In this document: piece after piece, positions 14,766-23,683 of the stretch
Numbering within the stretch: the stretch's first letter is position 1
Layout: every line of letters begins with the position of its first letter
The notes under the pieces: generated by a model
The model's input: the letters and a program-made list of their open reading frames with translations, nothing else
The model's database searches: none
What the model was told of the DNA's origin: nothing
Origin: Candidatus Electronema halotolerans
GTDB lineage: Bacteria; Desulfobacterota; Desulfobulbia; Desulfobulbales; Desulfobulbaceae
Direction: 5' to 3'
DNA: 32,000 nt
Assembly: GCA_942493095.1 (NCBI GenBank)
Contig: OW818675.1
Span: forward strand, 2,160,001-2,192,000
Translations under genes and position numbers: made by a program

Positions 14766-16874
14766 ATGAGAAACACGATCAAGCTCTCTGTGACAACGGC
14801 GGCAGTTGTTCTGGCTGCGCCGTCCTTTGCCCAGGAGCCGTTGCGGACGCTGGACGAGGTGGTAGTCAGCGCGCCGGGCGGAGCGCAGGGCATTGTCCTG
14901 AGTCCTGCGGAAACAACCATCAGGACGGATGAGTTCACCAGCGTGGACATTCCGGCCACTGTGGATGAGCTGCTCAAGCATCACACTATTGTTGATTTCA
15001 GGGCGCAGTCTGATCTGGTTCCTGACGACGACACCATCACCCTGCGTGGCTTCAGCAGCAACCGCTTTGTCACCGCCATTGACAGTTTGACTGTCCAGAA
15101 GACCGGAGGCCGCAAGAGTTCCCATATTGTTGACTTCGCTCTTCTGCCCACCTTTCTGGTTGACCGGATTGAAATTTTGCCGGGGCCGCACTCAGCTGTT
15201 TACGATGCCAAAAGCATTGGCGGGGTGCTCAACATGGTCACTAAAAAGCCGCATCGCCGGGACAGTCAGAAACCGGATGTCAGTTTGAGTGCCAGCTACG
15301 GCTCCTACAACACCCAGAAGCATCAAGCTACGCTGGAAGGAGCGATGGAGGATTTCACGTATGATCTCACCTATCAGAAAAATGCCACAGACGGCTATCT
15401 CCGCCACAGCGAGGCTGATATTGACACCATCTTCACCCGCTTAGGGTATCTCCTGCCTGCGGACGGCTTTGTCACTGTCAGCGGCTCCTACACGTGGGCG
15501 GATCGGCAAACACCGGTGAAAAATCCGGGCAAGTCCCTTGACGGCAGCAAGAATTATGACAGTTCCTATCCGGTCTATACGGATGCTTCCTTTGATCCTT
15601 GGGAAGAGCCGACCTGGGACAAGGAAGCGCATTCTCTGCGGCTCAATGCGGATCAGCCCACTGACAATTACGGCCATCTGACCTTCAACGCCTACACCAG
15701 CAAGGAAGACCGCGACCGGGCCTATTATGTCAAGGAAGAGGGCAAGGACATTGTCTATACGCCGTGGGTGACAACATGGTGGCAGCAGGGCGGCAGATTG
15801 CAGGATGAATACCGCTGGAATCCGAAACACACCACCACTTTTGGCACGGATCTGGCGTTGCTGTATGACGACGGTCTGACAGATGGCGACAAAGCGGAGC
15901 GGGTCAACAAGAAAGGGCTGTATGTTCAGCATCAATGGGCCGTTCTGCCTGATCTTGATCTGCGGCTGGGCGCACGCTACGAGGATGTCACCACCACAGT
16001 AAGCAACGGCAGCGCAAAATCTCCGTATATTCCGGGCCGGGGGCTGGAGATTGAGCGGAACTGGGATGATCTGATTCCCAAATCCTTTCTCACGTGGAAG
16101 CTGGATCGGCTGAATCCCTGCTTGCGCGATACCTCGCTTTCTGCTGGCATCAGCAAAATCTGGCATGCCCCGGATTATCACGGCGATTACAACCCGCAAG
16201 GCCGCCCGGCTGGCGCGTGGCTGGAGCCGGAGCACGGCATGGGCTATGATTTGGTCTTTATGCGCCGTCTCTGGCGCAACATGGACCTGAAAGCCAATTA
16301 CTCCTTCTATGCGATTGAGGACTACATCGCCACCAACAGCTCCTTTGCCAAGTACGGCAACTCCAAGGCCGGAGCGCTCGCGTATTCAGACTACAAGATC
16401 AATCTGGAAGAAATGCAGCGGCATGGACTGGAACTGGAACTGGATGGCAAGCTGAATGACAAGCTCTCCTTTTACCTGACCTATGCTTGGCAGCATTTTG
16501 ACAATCAGGGCGATGAGCCTGCCGGTGAGCAGGCGCAGGACAGTCAGGCGGAAAACAGGCTGACTGCCGGGCTGCGCTACAAGCTCTTTGACAAAACCAC
16601 CCTGCTGCTCGATTACTCGTATCAGGGCGATGAAACGGTTGAAGTGGCTGAGGAGATCAAGCCGGATGTCTGGACGTTCTACGAACAGGAGAATCCGTCC
16701 TACAGCGTCGTTGACCTTGGCCTGCGCCATGTTCTGCTGGAAAACAGCCACAATCTGAAAGACCTGACTCTGGGTCTGTATATCAACAATGTCTTGGACG
16801 AGGAATATTGGGAGACCAAAGGCACCCCGGCCACAGACCGCACCTTTGGCGTAAGCCTTTCCACCCATTTTTAA
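14766..16874 (+). CDS. TonB-dependent outer-membrane receptor (second copy, different sequence)
   Basis: Signal peptide MRNTIKLSVTTAAVVLAAPSFA|QE. TonB-box-like LDEVVVSA. Plug motifs (IEILPGPHSAVYDAKSIGGVLNMVTK). Terminal ...SLSTHF with a C-terminal Phe. Confidence 0.85.
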   Translation: MRNTIKLSVTTAAVVLAAPSFAQEPLRTLDEVVVSAPGGAQGIVLSPAETTIRTDEFTSVDIPATVDELLKHHTIVDFRAQSDLVPDDDTITLRGFSSNRFVTAIDSLTVQKTGGRKSSHIVDFALLPTFLVDRIEILPGPHSAVYDAKSIGGVLNMVTKKPHRRDSQKPDVSLSASYGSYNTQKHQATLEGAMEDFTYDLTYQKNATDGYLRHSEADIDTIFTRLGYLLPADGFVTVSGSYTWADRQTPVKNPGKSLDGSKNYDSSYPVYTDASFDPWEEPTWDKEAHSLRLNADQPTDNYGHLTFNAYTSKEDRDRAYYVKEEGKDIVYTPWVTTWWQQGGRLQDEYRWNPKHTTTFGTDLALLYDDGLTDGDKAERVNKKGLYVQHQWAVLPDLDLRLGARYEDVTTTVSNGSAKSPYIPGRGLEIERNWDDLIPKSFLTWKLDRLNPCLRDTSLSAGISKIWHAPDYHGDYNPQGRPAGAWLEPEHGMGYDLVFMRRLWRNMDLKANYSFYAIEDYIATNSSFAKYGNSKAGALAYSDYKINLEEMQRHGLELELDGKLNDKLSFYLTYAWQHFDNQGDEPAGEQAQDSQAENRLTAGLRYKLFDKTTLLLDYSYQGDETVEVAEEIKPDVWTFYEQENPSYSVVDLGLRHVLLENSHNLKDLTLGLYINNVLDEEYWETKGTPATDRTFGVSLSTHF

Positions 16875-16908
16875 CAGGTATCAATACGTACAAGGAGGAG
16901 TGACAAGC

Positions 16909-18540
16909 ATGTTGCAAGGAATCAGTAAAAAAACGGTGCTGGCCGCCAGCCTGCTGCTGGCCTTGGGCTGGGCAGGAGCTGCCTCTGCCGCAGGCAGCTT
17001 TCAGGTGGTGGGCATAGGGCCGGGTGACGCGGATCTGCTCACCCTGCGGGCGGTGAACGCCATCAAGGACGCGGAAGTGGTGTTCTGCAACGCCAAGACC
17101 AAGGACAAGCTGGCCTCGGCAATTGACTTTTCCGGCAAGCAGGTCATTGACGGCTACAATGTCATTTTCTGGCATCACGGCCAGGAATGTCCAAAGAATG
17201 AGGTCAGACATGCCAAGCAGCGAATGAGCTGCGAGGAATATCATGCCAAGCAGGCCGAGTTTGCCAAGCTGGCCCGCAAAGCTGTGGCTGAGGGCAAGGA
17301 CGTGGTCATGCTCAGTGGCGGCGATCCGACTATTTACGGCCCGGACATCTGGACCCTGCGCGAGCTGCACGACCTGCATCCTAAAGCTGTGCCCGGCCTA
17401 AGCGCCTTCAATGCAGCCAATGCCGCGCTTGAGGTCGGCTTGGGCGAAGTGGTGCTCACATCCCCGTTTATCAGCAAGGACGGTGAAAAGGACAGCTTGG
17501 AGCAGCTTGCCAAGCATGAAGATGCTACTGTGGTCATTTTCATGCCTTGGGACATGCAGAAGACCTTTGACCGCTTGGCCAAAGCCTATCCAACAGACAC
17601 CCCGGCAGCTATTGTCAGCAATGCGGGCATGGAGGGCAAGGAAAAGGCGGTGCTCGGCACAGTGGGCAAGTTTGCTGCTGATCTGTCCGGGATTGACGGC
17701 GGACGTTCCATTATCTACGTCGGAAAACAGTTGGACAGGGCGCAGTTCGTCAAAACGCCTGCGCCGGACAAAAAGGGCAAATTCTATTTGGTCGGCATGG
17801 GGCCGGGTGATCCTGATTTAGCCACGCTCAGGGCGATGGAGGTCATCAAAAAGGCTGACTTGATCTTCAGCGGCAGAAGGCTGAATGGTAAATTCGCTGA
17901 GGTGCTGGCAGGCAAGCAGGTGATTGAAGGCTATCACCGTCTCTTTCCTTTTTACGGCAAGGATTGCGCTGAGGCAGAGGCATCAGGCAGGCGCAGAAAA
18001 GAGCGGATGAGCTGCGAGGAATACCATGCCAAGCAAAACGAGTTTGCCGCAATGGTGCGCAAGGCTGTGGCTGAAGGCAAGACCGTGGCCATGCTCGACA
18101 GCGGCGATCCCTTGGTTTACGGCCCCTGCTCCTGGTCGCTGACCGAGCTGAGTGATTTAGACACCGACGTGGTGCCTGGACTGAGCTGCTTCAACGCAGC
18201 CAACGCAGCCCTGAAAACCGGGGTGACGGAAGGAGAGAAATCCCATTCCGTGATTCTCGCCTCTGGCTGGTCAGCGGAAGACATGTCCGCGCTTCAGAGC
18301 ACTATGGTGCTGTTCACCATGCGTCAGGAGTTCAAAGATTTCATCGACAAATTGAGCAAGCACTATGCCCCGGACACTCCGGCGGCAGTGGTGGTCAAAG
18401 CTGGTTATGCAAACGAGGAGCGGGTGGTGCAGGGCACCTTGGGCACCATGCTCGACAAAGTGGGCGCGGAAAAGCTGCCCTTTGAGTACATGCTCTATGT
18501 CGGCGATTTCCTCAAGGGAACCTCGAAAAATTTGAGATAA
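16909..18540 (+). CDS. Secreted protein made of two tandem tetrapyrrole (corrin/porphyrin) methylase-fold domains; 3' end replaced by an IS insertion
   Basis: AAGGAGGAG SD. Signal peptide MLQGISKKTVLAASLLLALGWAGAASA|AG. Two copies of the TP-methylase N-terminal motif (VVGIGPGDADLLTLRAVNAIKDAEVVF and LVGMGPGDPDLATLRAMEVIKKADLIF). Two copies of the GDP-x-x-YG motif (MLSGGDPTIYGP and MLDSGDPLVYGP). The last 5 codons and the stop come from the IS end. Confidence 0.7.
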   Translation: MLQGISKKTVLAASLLLALGWAGAASAAGSFQVVGIGPGDADLLTLRAVNAIKDAEVVFCNAKTKDKLASAIDFSGKQVIDGYNVIFWHHGQECPKNEVRHAKQRMSCEEYHAKQAEFAKLARKAVAEGKDVVMLSGGDPTIYGPDIWTLRELHDLHPKAVPGLSAFNAANAALEVGLGEVVLTSPFISKDGEKDSLEQLAKHEDATVVIFMPWDMQKTFDRLAKAYPTDTPAAIVSNAGMEGKEKAVLGTVGKFAADLSGIDGGRSIIYVGKQLDRAQFVKTPAPDKKGKFYLVGMGPGDPDLATLRAMEVIKKADLIFSGRRLNGKFAEVLAGKQVIEGYHRLFPFYGKDCAEAEASGRRRKERMSCEEYHAKQNEFAAMVRKAVAEGKTVAMLDSGDPLVYGPCSWSLTELSDLDTDVVPGLSCFNAANAALKTGVTEGEKSHSVILASGWSAEDMSALQSTMVLFTMRQEFKDFIDKLSKHYAPDTPAAVVVKAGYANEERVVQGTLGTMLDKVGAEKLPFEYMLYVGDFLKGTSKNLR

Positions 18541-19813
18541 AGTTTTTTCAGCTTATCAATAGTGTCTTTGACAGTTGAAAATTTCAAATACATAAATTGT
18601 TATTTCCTGTTTTTTATTTATTTTGAGCAAACTTCCGTTGAAATATGTTCCTGAATGCGTTTCTTTTTTTTAAATCTTAAATTTTATTAAGAGTTCCGTA
18701 CCTGTCAATATTGAACGTCAAGTTTCTCAAGCCTATTTTCGCAGCAGCGCGAATGAAACCTGTTCCTCGGAGAATCATATTGCCAGCACGTTGCGCCTGG
18801 ATGCCGAAGACGTGTTCAATCCGGGAGCGAATTTTTGATCTTGTCCGATTTCCCTGCTTCTCCCATTCGGTCAGTTTCCGGCTTCGTGTTCCTTTGCGGT
18901 TCAGATGCTCTCTGTATCCATTCTCGTTCAACCAGTTGAGCTTTTTTTCGAATCTGTATGCCGAATCCGCATAGATATCCCGACTGGTGTTGTCAGGGTC
19001 AAGCAGCTCCTCAAAAATATTGCTGTCATGAACCTCGGCGCTGGTCACCGCATATTTTCGGATGAATTTATGCTTCACATCAACAGATATATGATTTTTA
19101 TAACCAAAAAAGCTTCTGCCGTTCTTTTTGGTCCAACGGGCATCAGTATCCTTCTGCGCCTGCTTATTCTCACTCCATCCTTCAGGCTGTTCACCATTCT
19201 TGATCTGCTTGTTTTCCTTGCGGCTGTTACGCTGGATCGGGGCGTTGACTATGGAAGCGTCGACTATCTGCCCTTTTCTGGCTTGATATCCATTTTCATC
19301 AAGAAATTCGTCAAAAACAGAAAACAGTTCCTCGATTTTTCCTGCTTTGGTCAAAGTTTCACGAAAAAGCCATATCGTTGTCGCATCTGGAACTTTGTCA
19401 GCCGCCCGAAGTCCAAGGAATCTGGAAAACGAATATCTGTCAAGAATTTGATATTCCATCCCTTTATCAGAAAGATTGTATAATGATTGCAAAATTAAAA
19501 TTTTGAACATCATGACTGAATCATAACCTTTAGCTCCAGCATTTGATTTCACAGGCTTTCTTTTTGCTTCTTCAAGAATTGGCCGAAATATTTCCCAGTC
19601 AATAGCCTTGTTGATCTTAACTAAAGGATCACCTGCTTTGTCAATTCGGGAAAGACGAATATAAAAATCAAAAAATCCAAGTTGGTTCATCTGTGCATCT
19701 CCGGCAGCATGAGTTGAATTGATGCCGAAATTATAACATAATAGACTGAAATTTCAATATTAAAATAAAAAATAACAAAACAAATGCAGCAGAATGGATG
19801 TTGTATTTTTCGA
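18523..19813 (-). mobile_element. IS5-family insertion sequence (about 1.29 kb)
   Basis: An abruptly AT-rich block sits in GC-rich DNA. Terminal inverted repeat (CC)TCGAAAAAT ... ATTTTTCGA(GG). It is flanked by the direct repeat GGAACC (18517-18522 and 19814-19819). It contains one DDE transposase gene. The ends are ambiguous by +/-2 nt because the IR and DR overlap. Confidence 0.75.
18677..19690 (-). CDS. IS5-family DDE transposase
   Basis: The 337-aa product is collinear by eye with E. coli IS5 transposase: YNLSDKGMEYQILDRYSFSRFLGL, VPDATTIWLFRE, GQIVDASIV (D), DIYADSAYR (D), RSRIEHVFGIQ (E). Confidence 0.9.
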   Translation of the reverse strand: MNQLGFFDFYIRLSRIDKAGDPLVKINKAIDWEIFRPILEEAKRKPVKSNAGAKGYDSVMMFKILILQSLYNLSDKGMEYQILDRYSFSRFLGLRAADKVPDATTIWLFRETLTKAGKIEELFSVFDEFLDENGYQARKGQIVDASIVNAPIQRNSRKENKQIKNGEQPEGWSENKQAQKDTDARWTKKNGRSFFGYKNHISVDVKHKFIRKYAVTSAEVHDSNIFEELLDPDNTSRDIYADSAYRFEKKLNWLNENGYREHLNRKGTRSRKLTEWEKQGNRTRSKIRSRIEHVFGIQAQRAGNMILRGTGFIRAAAKIGLRNLTFNIDRYGTLNKI

Positions 19814-19900
19814 GGAACCCTCAACAAGAGTCCTGACCGGATGACCGCTGAAACCGCTTCAGGCCAGATTAACCCTGTTCAGCTTGCCCAAGGAGAATAA

Positions 19901-20719
19901 ATGAAGATCAAAGTATCTGCTGCACTGCTCGGCGGCCTGCTGCTCGCGTCCTCATCCGCCTTTGCCCACAAGCTCTGGCTCAATCCGATGGAGTATTTTC
20001 CTGCGCCGGGCAGCAGCGTGGAGATCGGCATCGGCTGGGGGCATAAGTATCCGGCTAATCGGGTGCATCAGGAGTTGAAAGAGGGAATGCCGGACAAGAT
20101 TCAGGCACTTGACCCTGACGGACAGTCCGCAGAGATGACCAAGGTCTCGGACGGCCTCTACAAGCTGAAGATCAGCAAGGCTGGTGCCTACGTGATCACA
20201 GCGGACAACAAGCCCGGCTTTTTCACCGTCACCAAGGACGGCAGGAAATGGGGCAATAAAACCGAAGTCACTGCGGATAAATCCCAATGCACCAATTTCT
20301 ATATTGGGGCCAAGGCCGTGCTGATCGCGGGCGGCAGCGACACCGGCTTGGAGCGGGCGGCTGGCCAGAGCGTTGAGCTGGTGCCGCTTACCAATCCCGG
20401 CGCCGTGAAAAAGAACGATGCCTTCCGGGTCAAGGTGCTCTTCAACGGCCAGCCGCTGGCCGATCTGCCGCTCAAGGCTGCTTATGCCGGATTCGACACG
20501 GTCGAGGAAGGCAGTGATCCTCATGCGGCAGACATGAAGAAAATGGCTGACCGGCCCTTTCCGGCAGAGGCGGTCACTGATGCCAAAGGCGAAGCCGAAC
20601 TGCACTTTGACCGGCCCGGCTACTGGATGATCTCGCTTTCCCATAAGTCGCCCTATCCAGACAAGGCAGTCTGCGACAAGTACATGTATAACATGACCTA
20701 CACCTTGCAGGTGCAATAA
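19901..20719 (+). CDS. DUF4198 / COG5266-type periplasmic Ni/Co uptake protein
   Basis: Signal peptide MKIKVSAALLGGLLLASSSAFA|HKLWL. A mature N-terminus H-x-x-W-L is typical of DUF4198. About 270 aa, beta-rich. AAGGAG SD. Confidence 0.65.
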   Translation: MKIKVSAALLGGLLLASSSAFAHKLWLNPMEYFPAPGSSVEIGIGWGHKYPANRVHQELKEGMPDKIQALDPDGQSAEMTKVSDGLYKLKISKAGAYVITADNKPGFFTVTKDGRKWGNKTEVTADKSQCTNFYIGAKAVLIAGGSDTGLERAAGQSVELVPLTNPGAVKKNDAFRVKVLFNGQPLADLPLKAAYAGFDTVEEGSDPHAADMKKMADRPFPAEAVTDAKGEAELHFDRPGYWMISLSHKSPYPDKAVCDKYMYNMTYTLQVQ

Positions 20720-20757
20720 GGGATCGAGACTCTTACTTTCCTCTCAATCATCTCCAT

Positions 20758-20797
20758 GTTCCCGGCTGGCGTTCTGGCAGTCGGGAACATTTTTCTT
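20758..20797 (+). terminator. Stem-loop plus T-tract after the DUF4198 gene
   Basis: GTTCCCGGCTG-gcgttctgg-CAGTCGGGAAC (11 bp, one G-U pair), then ATTTTTCTTCTC. It ends only 8 nt before the next ATG, so it may act as a leaky terminator or attenuator. Confidence 0.5.
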
Positions 20798-20805
20798 CTC
20801 TGAAC

Positions 20806-22230
20806 ATGAAAAACACCTTCAACAACAAGAACGGCCTGCGCCGGGAAGTCGGTCTGACCTCGGCAACGGTGCTGGTGGTCGCCAATATGGTCGGCACTGG
20901 CGTGTTCACCACTTCCGGCTTTATCCTCAAGGAATTAGGCAGCCCGCAGGCCCTGCTGCTCTGCTGGCTGCTCGGCGGCATTTTCGCCCTCTGCGGCGCA
21001 CTTTGCTACGGCGAACTGGGGGCGCGTTTTCCCAGAGCAGGCGGCGAATACGTGTTTCTCAAAGAGAGCTTCGGCAAACCAGTGGCTTTTTTATCCGGCT
21101 GGATTTCCCTGTTTGTCGGCTTCTCCGCCCCGATTGCCGCAGCCGCCATTGCCTTTGCCTCATACGCGCAGCAAGCCGTAGCCCTGCCACTGGACGGCAA
21201 ATGGGTGATCAGTGCTTTCGGGATGCCGCTCATCACTCTGTCTTGGTTCAACCTGATCGCGCTCTGCGTCATCGGCCTGTTCACCCTGATTCATTATCAC
21301 GGCCTGCGCTTGGGCACCAAGGTGCAGAACTGGCTGACCCTGTTCAAGATCAGCCTGATCATCGCCTTTCTTGGAGCCGGGTTCTTTTTCGGCCAAGGTT
21401 CCTTTGATCATTTCAGCGCAAGCCAAGGCTTGGCAAGTTCGCTCTCCTCGGAAAAATTCGCTGTCTCGCTCATCTTTGTCTCATTCGCCTACAGCGGCTG
21501 GAACGCGGCAGCCTATCTGGGCGGCGAGATCGTCCGCCCGCAGCGCACCATTCCCGCCGCCCTGCTCATTGGCACGGCATTGGTGACGCTGCTGTATCTG
21601 CTCCTCAACGCCCTGTATCTCTACGCCGCTCCCGCAGCACAGTTAGCCGGAGAGCTGGAAATCGGGGCAACAGCGGCAGCAGCTTTGTTCGGCGGCCAGA
21701 TCAGCCGCCTGTTCAGCGGGGCAGTGGCCTTGGGACTGCTCTCCGTGGTCAGCGCAATGGTGATGAGCGGGCCGCGCATTTATTACGCTATGGCCAAGGA
21801 CGGAGTCTTCTTTTCCATCTTCGGCAGACTGAACCCGCTCCATCATACCCCGGCCTCATCCATTTTTCTTCAGGCAGGCATTGCTGCGGCAATGGTGCTG
21901 TCCGCCTCCTTTGAAACCCTGCTGATCTACATTGGCTTCACGCTGTCTCTCTGCGCCATGCTGACGGTGGTCGGCCTGATGCGCATCCGCCGCCGGGACG
22001 GCAAACAGGAGGGCATGTATCAAACCTTCGGCTATCCATTGACCCCGCTCCTCTTTATTGCCGGCAACTGCTGGATCATCTTCTTTTCCGTGACAAGCCG
22101 CCCGATAGCCGTGCTTGTCGCCCTTGGCACCATTGCCGCAGGCATGGCGGTTTATCTCTTTTTTGCGACAGCAGACAAGCAGGATGCAGCCCCTGCGGTT
22201 GAGCAGCCGGAGACTGAAGCGGCCTGCTGA
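20806..22230 (+). CDS. APC-superfamily amino acid/polyamine permease
   Basis: N-terminal signature LRREVGLTSATVLVVANMVGTGVFTTSGF and GGEYVFLKESFG. Hydrophobic throughout, consistent with a multi-pass permease. Confidence 0.8.
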   Translation: MKNTFNNKNGLRREVGLTSATVLVVANMVGTGVFTTSGFILKELGSPQALLLCWLLGGIFALCGALCYGELGARFPRAGGEYVFLKESFGKPVAFLSGWISLFVGFSAPIAAAAIAFASYAQQAVALPLDGKWVISAFGMPLITLSWFNLIALCVIGLFTLIHYHGLRLGTKVQNWLTLFKISLIIAFLGAGFFFGQGSFDHFSASQGLASSLSSEKFAVSLIFVSFAYSGWNAAAYLGGEIVRPQRTIPAALLIGTALVTLLYLLLNALYLYAAPAAQLAGELEIGATAAAALFGGQISRLFSGAVALGLLSVVSAMVMSGPRIYYAMAKDGVFFSIFGRLNPLHHTPASSIFLQAGIAAAMVLSASFETLLIYIGFTLSLCAMLTVVGLMRIRRRDGKQEGMYQTFGYPLTPLLFIAGNCWIIFFSVTSRPIAVLVALGTIAAGMAVYLFFATADKQDAAPAVEQPETEAAC

Positions 22231-22416
22231 GGTTTCATCACGCAGATGCCGCCGCCGCGCTTTGCCCTAAACTGAGTCCAGCATTCTCTTTTTTGTTTGT
22301 CCTAACAATGGGCTATATAGCTGAAGCAGTATAAAATGACATCATATTGACCCACACAAAGCAGGTGGCCGCCTGTCGGTGAAGGAACGGGACTACGTTG
22401 CTGCGGCCCTGCCCTG

Positions 22417-22542
22417 CTCATGGAGGGCAAGGACTTCATCCTCAGCGCGCCGCATCTCTCCCTCTATCCCGGCATCGCCATCATGCTGACCGCCTTGGCC
22501 TTCAACCTAACCGGGGACGGCATCCGGGACTCGACACAGTGA
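22417..22542 (+). pseudogene. C-terminal remnant (about 40 codons) of an OppC/DppC/NikC-type ABC permease
   Basis: Translates as LMEGKDFILSAPHLSLYPGIAIMLTALAFNLTGDGIRDSTQ*. PG-x-AI-x-L-x-x-LAFN-L-x-GDG-x-RD is the conserved C-terminus of this permease family. No matching N-terminal body lies upstream: an in-frame TGA sits at 22348-22350 and AT-rich non-coding DNA precedes it. Confidence 0.65.
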
Positions 22543-22564
22543 ACAAAGGGAGTGCTCGGCATCA

Positions 22565-23683
22565 TCAGACCAACTCCCAGTCCTTGAACACCGGTTGACA
22601 GCCGCTGCGCCGGAGCATGGCCGCCACTTCCTCCACGCTGCGGTTGTCTGTCACGGCAAACTGCTCCGGCGCAGCCTCCTGACTTCTGACCGCATATTCG
22701 CCCACCCCGGTCTTGGAGCCGGAGGAGAAGCGAGTTGCGCCGAGATGCACTAAGCGGTCGCGGAAGGCGGGTGCCTCGCGGGTGGAGATGGTGATGCCAA
22801 GGCGTGGCATGAAGAGTCGCCACGCCAGCATGAACTGAACAAAATCCTTGTCTGTCACCATATAACGCGGTGGAATGGCTCCGGCAGCTTTGGTCATGCG
22901 CGGCAGGGACAGGGAGATTTCCACGTCCGGGAAAGCCTCCTCCAGCCAGCGGGCATGCAGGGCCGCCAGCCATGCCTCGCGGCGCGGCTCTGCCAAGCCA
23001 AAGAGCGGGCCTATATTCAACGCCCGGAAGCCTGCCCGTGCCCCGCGCTCCGGGGTTTGCAGACGATAGACGTAATCCGCCTTCCGGCCTGCCGGATGCA
23101 CCTCTTTATAGGTCTCCCGGTCGTAGGTCTCCTGATACACGGTCAGGGAATCTGCTCCGGCCTGGCGCAGGGTGCGGTAGTCGGCCTCGTCGAGCGGGAA
23201 TATCTCCAAGGCGATGGAGGAAAAATGCTCGGTCAGCAGGCGCACTGTGTCGGTCAGATACGACATCGGGGTCTGAGCCGGAGCCTCACCGGTCAGGACA
23301 AGGATGTGGCGGATGCCGGTGGCGGCGATGGCTGCCGCTTCCTGTTCAATCTGCTCCAAGGTCAGTTTGGTGCGGGGAAAGTCAACCCCGGCATGAAAGC
23401 CGCAGTAGGTGCAGGCGTTGGAGCAGTAATCCGAGATGTAGAGCGGCGCATAGAGGCTGATGACTCTGCCGAAGTGCTGCAAGGTTAGCTGACGCGCTTT
23501 GCGGGCCATTTCCTCCAAGTAGGGCTGGGCTGCCGGAGCAAGCAGGCAGAGCAGGTCGCGGCGGTCAAGCTGCTCGTCGCGGCGCAGGGCGCGTTCCACG
23601 TCCGCCGGGGTTGCAGCCTGAAGATGACGGTCAACGTCAAAGCCTTCCAGCCGGGGAAAAACATCAAGAAAGGACATGTTCAT
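22565..23683 (-). CDS. thiH: 2-iminoacetate synthase ThiH (radical SAM)
   Basis: [10 protein letters not shown] radical-SAM cluster motif in the context [15 protein letters not shown]. 372 aa. The start overlaps the thiG stop (ATGA). Sits in thiS-thiG-thiH synteny. Confidence 0.8.
   Translation of the reverse strand: MNMSFLDVFPRLEGFDVDRHLQAATPADVERALRRDEQLDRRDLLCLLAPAAQPYLEEMARKARQLTLQHFGRVISLYAPLYISDYCSNACTYCGFHAGVDFPRTKLTLEQIEQEAAAIAATGIRHILVLTGEAPAQTPMSYLTDTVRLLTEHFSSIALEIFPLDEADYRTLRQAGADSLTVYQETYDRETYKEVHPAGRKADYVYRLQTPERGARAGFRALNIGPLFGLAEPRREAWLAALHARWLEEAFPDVEISLSLPRMTKAAGAIPPRYMVTDKDFVQFMLAWRLFMPRLGITISTREAPAFRDRLVHLGATRFSSGSKTGVGEYAVRSQEAAPEQFAVTDNRSVEEVAAMLRRSGCQPVFKDWELV

Noticed and set aside
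14353-14977. Met/Leu/His-rich ORFs overlapping the His-rich gene (14353-14673 -, 14366-14977 -, 14423-14683 +)
   Set aside because: These are frame-shifted or antisense readings of the CAT/CAC-GAG low-complexity run (antisense ATG/GTG gives Met/Val strings). Only the 14392 frame has a well-spaced AAGGAG SD and lies between terminator-like structures.
18575-19757. Alternative IS boundaries at the palindromes TTGAAAATTTCAA (18575-18587) and TGAAATTTCA (19747-19756), which would give an element of about 1.18 kb
   Set aside because: AT-rich, non-host-like sequence continues outside these palindromes on both sides, up to 18523 and 19813. There a terminal inverted repeat, a flanking direct repeat and an in-frame restoration of the interrupted gene all coincide.
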